From Felis catus (Eukaryota), in NCBI RefSeq assembly GCF_018350175.1, contig NC_058369.1, positions 23,872,001 through 23,936,000 on the forward strand: 64,000 nucleotides of DNA, given 5' to 3'. The notes under the pieces are model-generated. The model was not told the DNA's origin. It saw only the letters and a program-made list of their open reading frames with translations, and searched no databases. The translations under genes were made by a program, and so were the position numbers. Of this stretch, positions 52,950-64,000 are shown in pieces; position 1 is the first letter of the stretch; every line of letters begins with the position of its first letter.

Positions 52950-54065
52950 TATCATCTCAGTTTTCCATTTTGTTGGGGCTATGGATATGGTTGAAAAGGG
53001 ATGGGGCTTGGGTCCCTCACCCTGAACTACCAAGAAAATTCTGGTCCAGCTTGTTAACATTGCCTACCAACTGGATGGCTCCCCAAAGTAGGCCTCTGAG
53101 AAGTGTCTACTCTGGGTCCCCAAGTCTAGGAATGAGATGTATCAGTCTTCTCAAGTCCACATTTAATATTCCAAGAGAAATCCCTTATGCTTTGTCTGAA
53201 AATGCCATTCTGGCCATGTGTTTGAATGCTGACTCTTACTGGGAATTCTGGATCTACATCCAACATTAAATGGTGCCTTGACCTCATTTAGTTATTGTAT
53301 TCTTGAAAAACTTCTTCTATATTCTTGGTAACATAGATGCTTCTCTGGAAAAGAGTGTATACAACATTATGATGTCCCAAGTGTAAGACACAACTTACGG
53401 GCAGGGTTGTCACCAACAGTGATGTATGTCTCTCTGGCACCTGCTGATTTCTGGACAGTGCTAACTGCCATTGGCACTTCTCTCCCTGCTCTCACCCATG
53501 GCTAGATTTCCTGATGTCCACTCAGTTTATTATTTTTCTTTTATCCTTCAGCTTTCCATAGTCCTCCCACCCATCGATATCTGTGTTTCAGATTAATTTT
53601 CACCAGATGTGAGCGTCTGGACTCTCCAAGATTTGTTACTTTCCCTCCATGTTCCTAACCTTCTTTGGGCCATTTGTGTGATTTCTCTGACCTCGCTAGT
53701 GTTTCCAACACCTCCCAAATTAGTGTCATCTGCAACTTTCCCTCACATGCTCTTCTCTCCCTTTTACAGATCATTAATAAAGAGGTTAAACAAGAGCAGA
53801 CCAGCACTGTACTCTAGAGCAAATGACAAAGGGGTGGGAGAGGCTGGAGCACTCCCTGTGCACCAGCCCTGGCACAGGAAGGATGTAGTGTAATGCAACA
53901 ACACTGCACCAGACACCTCTTGCTTCTGGCCCACAGTCATTTATCACCACTGTTTGTTTATGATTTCTCAGCCAGATTTCAGGTCCTGAGAGTGTGGTCA
54001 TATCCAAGCCAACATGCATTGCTTTGCCAGGTAACCTCACAAGTTCCAGAAAAACCCACAAGAAC
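52950..54065 (-). mobile_element. Ancient CR1/L3 LINE ORF2 (reverse transcriptase) relic
   Basis: Minus-strand translation gives GLDMTTLSGPEIWLRNHKQTVVIND (about 53930-54010) and LLFNLFINDL*KGEKSM*GKVADDTNLGG (about 53710-53796). These match CR1 RT motifs GLD..TL..V..WL....QRVVVNG and LFNIFINDL...KFADDTKLGG. Confidence 0.8.
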
Positions 54066-54549
54066 TTATTTACTGCTCTCGATTCTACTTAAAAGCTTCT
54101 ACCCCAGCCCCCAAGTCCATCATGCTTGAGAGCAGAAAGAGGTGGACTGAGACATAATTACCCTCTTTTTTCTCTTCCAAGTCATCAGCTCATAGTCGTT
54201 TGTCAAATATTTGTTGACTTTTCATGTTATACACTCGACTTTTCTTTGAGCTGAGGAAGAAACCTTCCTCTAGAAATATGAACTAATCTAGAGTCTCCAG
54301 CAATCAAAACTTCCTTTGCTTATACCTGGGTGTCATTAAAATCAAAGGTAAGAGTATTTTTTAGGGTAAACATGCTTTAAGACCTGCTAGAAAATGTGCA
54401 GCTGGCTTGTATAGCTATGATCACAGGAATAGATTTCCCCTTTTGGTTTTCCTTTATTCTGTGTTTTCTCTTATCCCCCAAATCCACCCATCCCACAGTA
54501 CCAACTACTTTCTTCAGTCAGCTTATAGAGTCTGCTCTTCCAAGCCTAT

Positions 54550-54810
54550 TAGTAATAATAATAGTGATATTCTGATGAGGATTGTGCTTTCACCGTGCAC
54601 CAGACATGGTCAGGTGTCTTACTTGCCTCATGTCAGGTAATACTAACCACAGCCTATGAGGTGTGCACAAACTTCCCCAAATGAGGAAATGGAGGGACAC
54701 AGAGAGAAGGACGCTTATCCAAGACCGCTCAGCCAAAGAGTGCTGGAAGAAGGACCCAAACCCAGTACCATCTAAATTCAGAGACCCCATTATGAGCCAC
54801 CCCAACACAT
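54550..54810 (-). mobile_element. MIR SINE
   Basis: cacagcctatgaggt...atgaggaaatggagggacacagagag. Confidence 0.7.
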
Positions 54811-55161
54811 TGCCACCCAATCTCTCATAGATGAGTGGTTCTGCTTTCCTGGGTTACTGACCCCATGAGTATCTGTGGGATCACAGATGCTCTCCTTGGA
54901 AGATGTGCACATACCCAAAACCAAGTCTGTTAGCCATGTCAAGGGACTTGCAGATCCTTGGGGATTCATAAATATCAGCTTAAGAATCTGTATACTGATC
55001 TAAATTCCTCCAGGGTAGGTACTGTATTTTGTTCACTGCCTCAACACCAGTACTGAGATGAAGAAGTACTTTTTTAATTGAATTATTGATTGCAAGAACT
55101 TTGGGCAAGACGTACAAGCTGTAGCTCTGAACAGCAGCTTTACAAGATATCTTCCAGACTA

Positions 55162-55262
55162 GCAGAGGAGGAGGGGGAGGATGAAGAGGAGGAAGATGAG
55201 GAGAAGAGGAGGAGAGGGAGAAGGAGAAGAAGGAGAAGCAGAAAAAGAAAGTGGGGGAAGAG
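55162..55262 (+). repeat. Polypurine (GAG/GAA)-rich low-complexity tract
   Basis: Directly visible. Confidence 0.9.
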
Positions 55263-55899
55263 ATAAGGCAAAAACATCACACTTTGCCCAGGAATGAATT
55301 CTGCACTGAAAGTAAGCAGAGCCTTTATCATGGTCGTTCTGAAACATCTCAAAACTACTTCTGGTTACATCTTATCTGAACTCCTGAAAACAAGTTATAG
55401 AAAGTTTCTTATACTAGAAATAATACACTCAGAATGTTAAGATGGGAAACCTGTCCTCACGAGCAGGCAAAATCTCGCAAATGTGCCTCAGCTAACAGAA
55501 TTCTTGACGTCTGAGGATCTCAGGGGGGACTACAATCACCAGTGGCATTTCCTCCTATCTGTAGGTTCTTTTCATCCTTCTGCAACTTCAGGAGCTTGAT
55601 TTTCTGTAGACCACTATGCCTCAAATGTCTCCCTATTATATGACTGCTGAGTTTTCTTTGCAATCTTTGATATTCAAGTTCTTCCTTTTTTTGAGAGTCA
55701 GAGGAGCTACAAACTCTTGAGGGTGGACTTCAGCTATTCTTTAAACTTGACAGTCTGCGTGTCACTGCAATGGGAGGCCAAAGATCCCCATGCTGATATG
55801 TAGGCAAATAGAAAAGAGGGAGGTCAAAAGTCTGCTTTTCCTCTGGCCTATCTGACTGGATGCCTAGGGAAAACAGAACAGAACAGGACTCCTACTCAG

Positions 55900-56805
55900 C
55901 CCCCCAACCTTCAACAATGGCCTGCCCCAGCTTTGACGCCCAAGGTAGAAATTTGGAGGTGTTCTCAATTTAGTTTTTTGTCTTACCTGTCCATCAAAGT
56001 CCTGCTGGCTTCCCTTCCTAGTCTCATCTCCAATTTATCCACTTGTCCCTGCTGGGTATCATCTCTTCCACTGCTCCCCTGGGTCAGCACCATCAAGTTC
56101 TCTCACAAATGATGGAAGAACCCCTACTTCTGCTCTTCCTGCCACGATAGTTCATCCTCTACACCACAGTCAGGCTTGTTCTACAGCATAAATTGAATCA
56201 TGCCATGTTCCTGCTTAAGATCCTCTAATTTTCTTCTCATGTTTTCATTTTTCTTAGGCTAAAACCCAAACTCTCCACATTGGCCTAAAAAGGGTTTACC
56301 TTATCTGGCCCCTTCCCACTTCTTCATATTCATCTCATTGTCTTAATTTTCTATCCTGGGTTACGGTCTTCAAGCTCCTTCAGCCCGTAAAACCCTTTCT
56401 CACCCTCTGCCATCTGCATGCCTGCCTAGGACCACCTCCCAAACACACATCTTGGCACGGATGCCGCTGACTCTCCTCCTTTCAAGGCTTTGCATAAAAC
56501 TCACTTCCTTGGAGAGATGCTTGCTGAAATCCTTTCTGAAGTAGATTAACCAAGTAGCTTCCTCTTGTTAATTTCAATATCTTCCTGGTTTCCATCAAAG
56601 CAACAATCAAATGTATAAAGTTTCCATTCACATGTAATTCTTTGTGGTCTGTTTCCCTCAACTATATTGAAAGATCCACGGAGTAGCAGGCATATTTACC
56701 TTACTTATCATTGTTTTCTTAGCATATAACCAAGAATTTAACCATTTGATGAAAGAATGGATGACTATATGAAAATGACTGAATGGATAAATAAATGAAA
56801 TAAAA
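55900..56805 (+). mobile_element. L2 3' region
   Basis: catcaaagtcctgctggcttccct...atcatgccatgttcctgcttaaga...aaaacccaaactc...tcacttccttggagag...gaatggataaataaatgaa. Confidence 0.75.
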
Positions 56806-57957
56806 TGGCACAAGGAGGAGATGCATCTGATATCCAGCTATAGGAGACAGAGGTTGGTATCCCTGTACAAGAGGTATAAGGAAACCTCTACTTTGCAGAG
56901 AAAATGGAACATCAGTTATGAAAACTGAAAACCCAAGGCTCTTTCCATGACTTCTTTTCCAGCTACTGGATTTCTCTTGCCCCAGTACAAGCACAAACCT
57001 AGTGTTTAGACCTTTTGTACCAAGAGAAAACAAGAAGGATATAAACTTTCCAGCCATAATAAAATACCTCCTTCCTCATTCTTCCTGATAGGAGCCATGA
57101 CAGGGAGTTCCACTGGCCTCTGAGCACTGCTTCTACGTGTAAAAAAACCCTGTCTTTGTGTCTAAGTGCTCTATGATTCACACTTGCACTCTGTATTCAT
57201 ACTTGCACTGTAACAGTGTCCATCTGCTGGTGGCACAGAACTACACTTCTTCATTTTGAACAGGATGCACCTACCAGCATCATGGCCCTTTGCCAAAACT
57301 TGTTAATGCCCACATCTGTATTTTTATGAATCAGGTCCTAAAAATTTACATATGTTTTCAATCTAAAAAGACTTCTTCCTTTCTCAGTGGTCTAAGAAAT
57401 AAATGTGATCTTGTGTTCTATGTCTGCTCAATTATGAGAGTTCATAGTAAAAGCTCAAACATTCAAATGTCAAGGCAGGTGTGGCACTAGATCTCATAAG
57501 GTGCCTAGATTTGGTCCCTTGTTGCCCCACCTCATTGAATGTTCATGAAACAAAGGGCCTCTTGGAGGTCCAAGGAAAGTACTTCCATTCAGTAGAAATG
57601 AAGAGTTATTTGCTGACATAAATGATTGCCACATCAAGTGGATTTTCCTGAAGGAAAGTAATGAAGAATTAAGCAGCTGCTTTTTCTGTCTTGCAAAGCA
57701 AGATAGAAAATGCAGTAAGGGCTCCAGGAGCACATTTTTCACAATCAAAAGTAGGGGGCGAGAGGACAATGACTGAACACACATTACAGGGATGCCCATG
57801 AGGGCAACAACTTGCTGGAATGGAGTCTCTGCAAGAAAACCACAAAATAAGGCAAGCCAAAGGTAAATTTTAGGCATAAGAAAAGTAGGAGTGGGGAGGA
57901 GCCAGCAGAGAGGGTAGAGAGAAGTTGGAGGCAGAATATAGGAATATATTTTGGATC

Positions 57958-58108
57958 CAGCTGCACCAGTTACATAATTTGTACAACCCAGTGCAAAATA
58001 AAAAATGATTAAGAACGACAGTGACAGCAGAGCGTTAAAGCAAGAGTGGAGTCCTAAGGTTGGGGTTCTGTGGACTATATAGGTCACATGCTGATAAGGC
58101 TGGGCTGG
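57958..58108 (-). mobile_element. MER45A-like hAT-Tip100 MITE
   Basis: tacataatttg...cccagtgcaaaat...gacagcagagcgttaaa...aggtcacatgc...gctgggctg. Confidence 0.8.
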
Positions 58109-60830
58109 AGGATGAGGTTTATAGGGGGAAAGCCTGACTCTAGGCGCTGTCGAAACCCTTTAGAAAAGAAACTTTCTCCAGTTCACTTTGCTCTCAGAAA
58201 ACACCACCCTTGAATGATCACAGTGAGACAAATAAATCATGCCTGGGCTAGTGTCTGGAAGTGGCAAAAAAAGGAGGAGCTGTCAGGGCTGTTATGTTAA
58301 TTCCAATTTGTTGTAATATTTGGAGCGACTCTTCCCAAATTATGATTCATTTCAGCACCAAACACCAGATTCAAGTCAGAAACTTCTGATGCTATTCTGA
58401 GCATATTACTGATGGCTAGTAAAATAACTTCTTGTAATATTTCTTTTATAAGGGCCATAAATCAAAATATTCAAAACAGTTAATTTTTAATGTGCCACTA
58501 TTATCCATCTTTAGTTATAAATTTAATGTCTCCTTAGGCCTCACAGATTGTAATATGACTCAAAACATGCAACGGCTGTTCGAAATGGAAGGCTCCCCCA
58601 GTATCTCATTATTTAAATCCTTAAGATATGGTTTTAAAAGCCTGAGGATATCTGAGCAAACTTGTTTAAAGGAGTCATAAAGAAAGATAAGTAGTTTTCC
58701 TCAGAAGTCTATAAAATTTATTATAACATATTAAAGTAGGATTATATATTGACTAATTTTCAGAAGACATTTGTTTTCTGGGGTACATGGTGCTTGGGAA
58801 ATTCATGAAAGAATAAAGGGGGTAGGGGCTTAACACTGTTGTCTCCATTTGCCTTGAGCAAAGCAAAGTTTTCTATGAGCCTTGGCCCCAGTTCCACCCT
58901 GAGGATGACAACTTGGGTCCTATCTTAGGGGATGGCAGAGTGGATGTCATGAATCTTGTGAAAGAGCAATAAAATCTTTACTATTCAGGAGGAGACACAA
59001 ATACAGCCCAGCACCCCAGCACTTATGATGGTAGAAGAAAGAGCTTCATGGAAGAGCCCCAAGTAGGACTTACTCTTTCTTCTCAAGGCCACCCCAAACT
59101 CATAGAACCTTCCTTTGCCTACCTGTTCCATGCACGCTGTGGGCAGGTTTCACACATTTGCTTTTTAACCTCGTAAAACCTTTATTCCTTATTTAATGTT
59201 ATTGTAGGTCAGTTGACACATGCATTAACTTTTCTGCATAAGTAAATGTGATGTTTCCCTTAAAGTTTTTCCTACATAGGGAGACAGTCTTTAAGATAGG
59301 ACCTTAGGAATTTTTCTGGTTTCCCCACCTCTTCACACTGACAAGCTTCCCTCTGGAAACACTCTGTATCTGGAAGAGTTAATTCCAGTGCTGTTTTCCT
59401 CTTTACCCAGGAAAGCAGGAAGAGGAGAGATAGATAGTCTGATGTGACCAAGAAACAGATTCTACTGGCAGCAAATGGATCCAGGAGGTGTTACATCTTT
59501 ACTACTCAGAAAGATGTTGTATTTGAAAATCTGCCACCGTGTATTCCCACACAGCACCAGAGAGAGCCATCTGAATCACCGGTGGGACCTGCAACAGGTT
59601 TAACTAAGCAGTGAAACACACCAACAAAACTGTCACTTATGGGCAAAACATAAACAATACCAGTTATTGTTTTAAAATTCGCCTGAAGCACCGCTACCAT
59701 GTAATATGAAGGCAAGACTTGGGAAAGGGCATATCTGCTAAGTTATCCCCCCGAACTGCCTCTCTAATCACAGACATTTGTGACATTTCACATTTGTCCC
59801 AGAAAAAGAACCACGTATTGAGTTCTTTTTGACCATACAAAATCACCATGGCACACAATTGACCACATTCCTTGTTCTGAACAAAATGTCATGTACAGTA
59901 TCATCAGTTCAACAGCATATTCTATGGAACCATAGGTATTCAACTCTGGGGAGTTAATGACTTGTTAAACAACCTGCAGTATCCTGCAGAGGTGTGATTC
60001 GTGGCAGCAAGGCTCTAGGATTCAATGTTCCATTTATAACCATGTGGCAATTACATGTGCCACTGTTCAATTATAATGCAGATAATACAGAAATAAAATG
60101 TAGGTTGTTAATGGCTAAAAATCATCCTTTAAAAGAGCAGACCCTCTGAAAAAAATGCAATGTGCAAAATTTATAATTTACAAGTTCCATAGAAGCACAA
60201 TTGTAAAAAAAAAAAAAAAAAAAGCAACAGATATAAGGCCACTAACCTGCCAATACTGAGATTTCTATTCTAATTCATTTAAAGAGATACAGTTACCCAT
60301 TCACCATCACTATGCCTTGATCCTTGTGTTTTCTTCAAAACTGCCATAGAAGAGATAGTACAATCCATCAAATGGGCTTCTTAGAGATGACAGTTTCAGC
60401 TCCATGAAGGTATACAGTTTTATTTTCCTTGCCAAACATGTGACAGAACCAGGACATGAGAGTCACAACACCACACTGGTATATCTGGTAAAAGCAAGCA
60501 GTTGGCTGAAAACCCGCTACTGGAGAATAGTGACAATTTCTGAGTCCACAATCATGCCTTAAAAAGTGTGTATAAATCCTAGCAAGGGCATAGTTTATGT
60601 CTTAAATAACACAGAAACATTTGAATCGTGCTCAACCCGGCCCCAACACGGCAGAGCAATAATGTGGTTGTGGGGACGGGTAGTAGGAAGGAGGGGTCTC
60701 TTGGGGGTGGTCACAGAACACAGAAGCAGGGCACAGTCACAAACATCAGCGAACACAATTGAACACACATACAATACAACACCAGAATGCAATTTTTAAA
60801 AGAAAAATGATATAAAAGATGGTTTCTCAC

Positions 60831-60896
60831 CCCTCAAAACAAAACTGGAACTTTGGTTTACAGGCCCGGCTATGCCCATATGCCCTCCTCGTCATC
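60831..60896 (-). other. ERC2: ERC2 stop-codon exon, 66 nt (27 nt coding + 39 nt 3' UTR)
   Basis: Acceptor ccacag| at 60897; donor GGG|GTGAGA with GT at 60830-60829. Confidence 0.87.
60870..60896 (-). CDS. ERC2: Last coding segment of ERC2 (CAST1/ELKS2), brain-type C-terminus DDEEGIWA*
   Basis: Minus strand reads cag|GAT GAC GAG GAG GGC ATA TGG GCA TAG = DDEEGIWA-stop, directly after a CAG acceptor (60897-60899). This matches the known ERC/ELKS brain-isoform end that binds the RIM PDZ domain. The DDEEGIWA spelling and the downstream UTR intron fit ERC2 as I recall it; ERC1 is the paralog to exclude. Confidence 0.9.
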   Translation of the reverse strand, partial: DDEEGIWA

Positions 60897-60970
60897 CTGT
60901 GGCCGGCCCGGGTAGGGAGGTGCACGGAGAGGAGGGGAGCACCGGAATGAAAGAAGAGAAGGTTAGTTAC
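60897..60970 (-). promoter_or_regulatory. Branch point, pyrimidine tract and 3' splice site of the IWA exon
   Basis: Sense strand gTAACTAACc (60961-60970), then ttctcttctttcattcc, and no AG until the acceptor at 60898-60897. Confidence 0.7.
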
Positions 60971-61493
60971 ACCGTGATGCACTGGAAAGGCACACTGATC
61001 TTCACTTTGTTTTTTAATCTTAAAGAGTGAGGAAAAAAAAATCTATAGTAACTTAAGTTCCACATCACTGACTTGTCAAATACATAACTCAGTTTTGTAT
61101 CTATGGCAACCCCCACACAAAACATTCCACCCACCCAGCTCTGACTCTGTGTCAAGATTGGATTAGAAGATTAAAATTAGTCTACATTAGCAGATGATTA
61201 TATTTTTGGAAAGCATGCAATCTGAATTGCATATGCCTAAGGAGTAGATTAAACCTTTTAAGTAAGCAGAGAAGTAATTATAGTAATCAAATACCCTTAA
61301 TTTCTCTTAAGCTTAGAGTATCAATAAAGGCTGAAGAAGAATTAAAAAAAAAAAACTCCATCTCCTTGGGTGGAACAAACTTTTGTAGCATGCAATAATT
61401 CACGTTGGTTATTTCACAAAGGCTCAAACATGCTGTGATCTTCTTGATTTGTCAGGTTCTGTTTGCTCTCAGCATAAAAGAGGATGTACACGC

Positions 61494-61537
61494 CATGGAA
61501 TGATTATACATTTGCATGGAATGATTATACATTTGCA
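61494..61537. repeat. Perfect 21-bp tandem duplication (catggaatgattatacatttg) x2
   Basis: Copies at 61494-61514 and 61515-61535. Confidence 0.95.
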
Positions 61538-64000
61538 ATCAAATAAGTTTCAAAGAGAAGAGAGTAAACTTTCAATTCAGTAGAATGCTTGTAGAAAGAG
61601 AGTTTTGTTTAACTTAAGAATTGTGCTCAACTATGGATAAACTGAAACTTATTTGGTCTGAATTCTTGTTGCTGAAAATGTTTCCAGAATGGCTCTGGCC
61701 ACTTTCCTCACTTAGTGAAGTGGCCAATAGGCAGAAAAATTGAATCTTTGGAGACAGAAGTAAATCTACCATTCCAAGGTATGTTTTGAACAAGAATTCT
61801 CACTTTTTACTGCAGGACTGAAACAAAGTGTAGAAGACTGAGTGGTTCATATCTTGGTCTCACACATAATTTGGGAGCTGTGTCCTTTAATAAATCCCCA
61901 ATGAAATCAGGTTTTGCCATGATTTGCTTTTTTGTTTTGAAAACTAGGAACAGGAAAAAAAATAACTTGGATCATTTTCTCACCATTTGGACTCTTATTG
62001 CATAAGTTGTTGTAATATTTGTTTGAATCACATAAAAATGCCAATATTTCACCATTTTTGACCTAGGAAAACAGCAATATAGTTCAGTATAATCTTGCCA
62101 ACAGGCTAAGGTGATTTTCATTAACTCAAACATTCAGATCTGTGGCCTTTGAAGTGAGTTTTCATATAATTTGTTTTCTTTGTATTTCTATGTATTTTAT
62201 TTTATGCATTTAAAAATATTCTGAGAAGAGGGCCAGGGTTTACCAGATTCCCAAGGGGATCTATGTCCCATAAAGGGTTAACAATCCCTGACTGATTTGA
62301 GTCTATCAAGTGATTTGCACAGAGTCTGAATTGGACAACTCAGTGTGAACTTGCACTGACAGTTTAGATAGGGATATTCTGGCAAAAAAAAGTAAGGTAC
62401 AACTGATCATTATAGCTGGGTCTTCTCTTGTAAAATTTATCTGTGCTTATTAATCACTACACAATCTAGCAATTGCTCCTGGTAATAAACTTCTCTTTTC
62501 CCTACATAACTTGAGAAATACTATTTTTATATTCATTAAACTTCCTCCCGGTTCCAGTAGAAAAGCGAAGTTGATGTCCCTTTTTATGCTAATGAAGAAG
62601 GAAAGTCAAGTCAAGGGACCCCCAGGCATCCACAAATGGGTTTCAAGGGGTCTAGCCAGTCTTTGAAATTCAAAGAAGAATGTTGTGGGTATGTGTGTAA
62701 GTATATTTCTCTGGATGGAAGCCCTAGCATTCATTATAACATTTTTGAGCCCCAAAGTCACTGCCATAGGGAAACTCTAGGCACAGAGCGATGCTATGAT
62801 TTGTCAGTCACAAAACAAAATAGGAGGTTTCCCTAAAATGCAGCCCACAGCCCCTGTTGACCGCTTAGTCTAAATGACTGTAAAATCACTTTCCTTGCAG
62901 GGAAGTTTATTTCATTTTGCATTTAAAACCCCAAACATGTATACATTTAGTTTGTTTCAAATCCATTCATGGAGGGTTTTACATTTTAAAGAAGAAAGAA
63001 AAAAGGAAAGCCACTGCCACCAAAATCTACCACTATTTTCTTAACAGTGAAATGTGGTCTAATGCAAATCACTTTTAGCAAATTAAATATATTAAAAAGT
63101 GGTAATTAATTATGATTGAAACAGACAGGAGTTGTAGGTTGAAAATATACACTGCCAATATCACTACTGTGCCTCGTCCACCATAGGAATAAAAAGGAGC
63201 TCCCAGATGTCCAGGGTTATTAAAAACCAGATGTTGAGATCGACGTCTTGTATGCTGGTGAATAAAGTAAAGAAATATGACAGTCCAATATAAACTTTGC
63301 TAACATTTAACATGGCAGAAATGTGGATAAATTCCTTTAGTGAACTCAGAATATTATGCATTTTTTTTCAGGTTTTTTTGTTTTTAAAGTTGAAAGTTTT
63401 TAACTGAAAATAGAAGGGGAGGTGGTGGCCATTTCTGGTCTCTCTAATCTTCAAAGCTTAAACATGAATTGACCCTAATCACCAAGTGATCTGGGTCAGA
63501 GTGAGTGTCCGCTTGGGGAATAAAAAACAAAAATGCAGGAGCTAATCAGAGGGGGAGCTCCAAGTATTTCCAAACGTTCACAGCTGTCTGACTCCTGCAC
63601 TGCCTACATCTTTGTATGCAAATATTAATTTGTTCAGCAACCTTACTGCACAGAAATATAAATTTGGGAGCCAAAAAATAAGAAACAGATAAATGTCACT
63701 TGAACCCTAACTTCATGCCAAGTTATTTAGAAATTCTTGGGACTTTCAAAATGCATCTATCAGGCCTGGGAGAGTCTGTTTCCTTGTTTCTCTGTTTCCA
63801 AATCTACTTCTCATTGGCTTTTCTGGATGTCGCCTGGTGTTTGCTCCCTCGCGTGTCCTTCTTGAGTGACTGCTATGCCAGGAGTTGCCAAAATATCTGG
63901 ATGGGAAGAAAGCCTCTATTCCATCAGTCCTCTGTGTACTTTTTTCCACAGCATCTGGGGATGGGAATATCCAAGGTGGGCTACAGACCAGAGCACAGTG

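Larger units (their letters stand above)
1..60830 (-). other. ERC2: Part of the long 3'-UTR intron of ERC2 (continues beyond window start)
   Basis: Follows the donor at 60830. Repeat-rich, with no convincing downstream exon found. Human ERC2 has a non-coding final exon far downstream (recalled gene structure). Confidence 0.75.

Noticed and set aside
57494..58087. Longest ORF (197 aa, minus strand)
   Set aside because: Begins inside a MER45A-like MITE, has non-coding composition and no recognisable domain.
58351..58370. TTCAGCACC, REST/RE1 left half-site
   Set aside because: No GGACAG right half at canonical spacing.
1..60830. ERC1-type ubiquitous (A-form) C-terminal exons downstream of the IWA exon
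   Set aside because: No matching peptide seen by eye or in the ORF track. A tblastn with the ERC1 A-form tail is needed to exclude degraded copies.
60967..61040. Alternative upstream acceptor (ttttcctcactctttaag| at 61019) and ORF ending KISVPFQCITV
   Set aside because: AAG acceptors are weak, and use would add 122 nt and frameshift the IWA tail. No support without RNA data.
61513..61518. TGCATG created at the 21-bp duplication junction
   Set aside because: On the strand antisense to ERC2, so not an RBFOX site in the pre-mRNA.
1..64000. CRISPR array, operon or other prokaryotic or viral system
   Set aside because: No regularly spaced repeat-spacer array, gene-dense region or intact retroviral/transposase ORF; the sequence is mammalian intron.

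Overview
Mammalian (felid) genomic DNA, identified by feline Can-SINE (SINEC_Fc-type) insertions alongside MIR, L2, L1M, CR1/L3, MaLR LTR and hAT/TcMar MITE relics. The only coding sequence I can support is one 66-nt minus-strand exon (60831..60896). It encodes DDEEGIWA-stop, the brain-type C-terminus (RIM PDZ-binding IWA motif) of ERC2/CAST1/ELKS2, followed by 39 nt of 3' UTR and a GT donor. Positions 1..60830 are therefore part of a very long 3'-UTR intron and 60897..64000 are the preceding intron. None of the supplied ORFs looks like a real gene. I found no novel gene system. The best leads are regulatory: the splicing architecture of the IWA exon (stop 39 nt from the junction, distant branch point, CU-, UG- and UGCAUG motifs), candidate recursive splice sites, two close inverted SINE pairs, a still-readable CR1/L3 reverse-transcriptase fossil and a few enhancer-like patches. 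Repeat family names and boundaries come from recalled consensus sequences, not a search, and are approximate unless target-site duplications (TSDs) are given.
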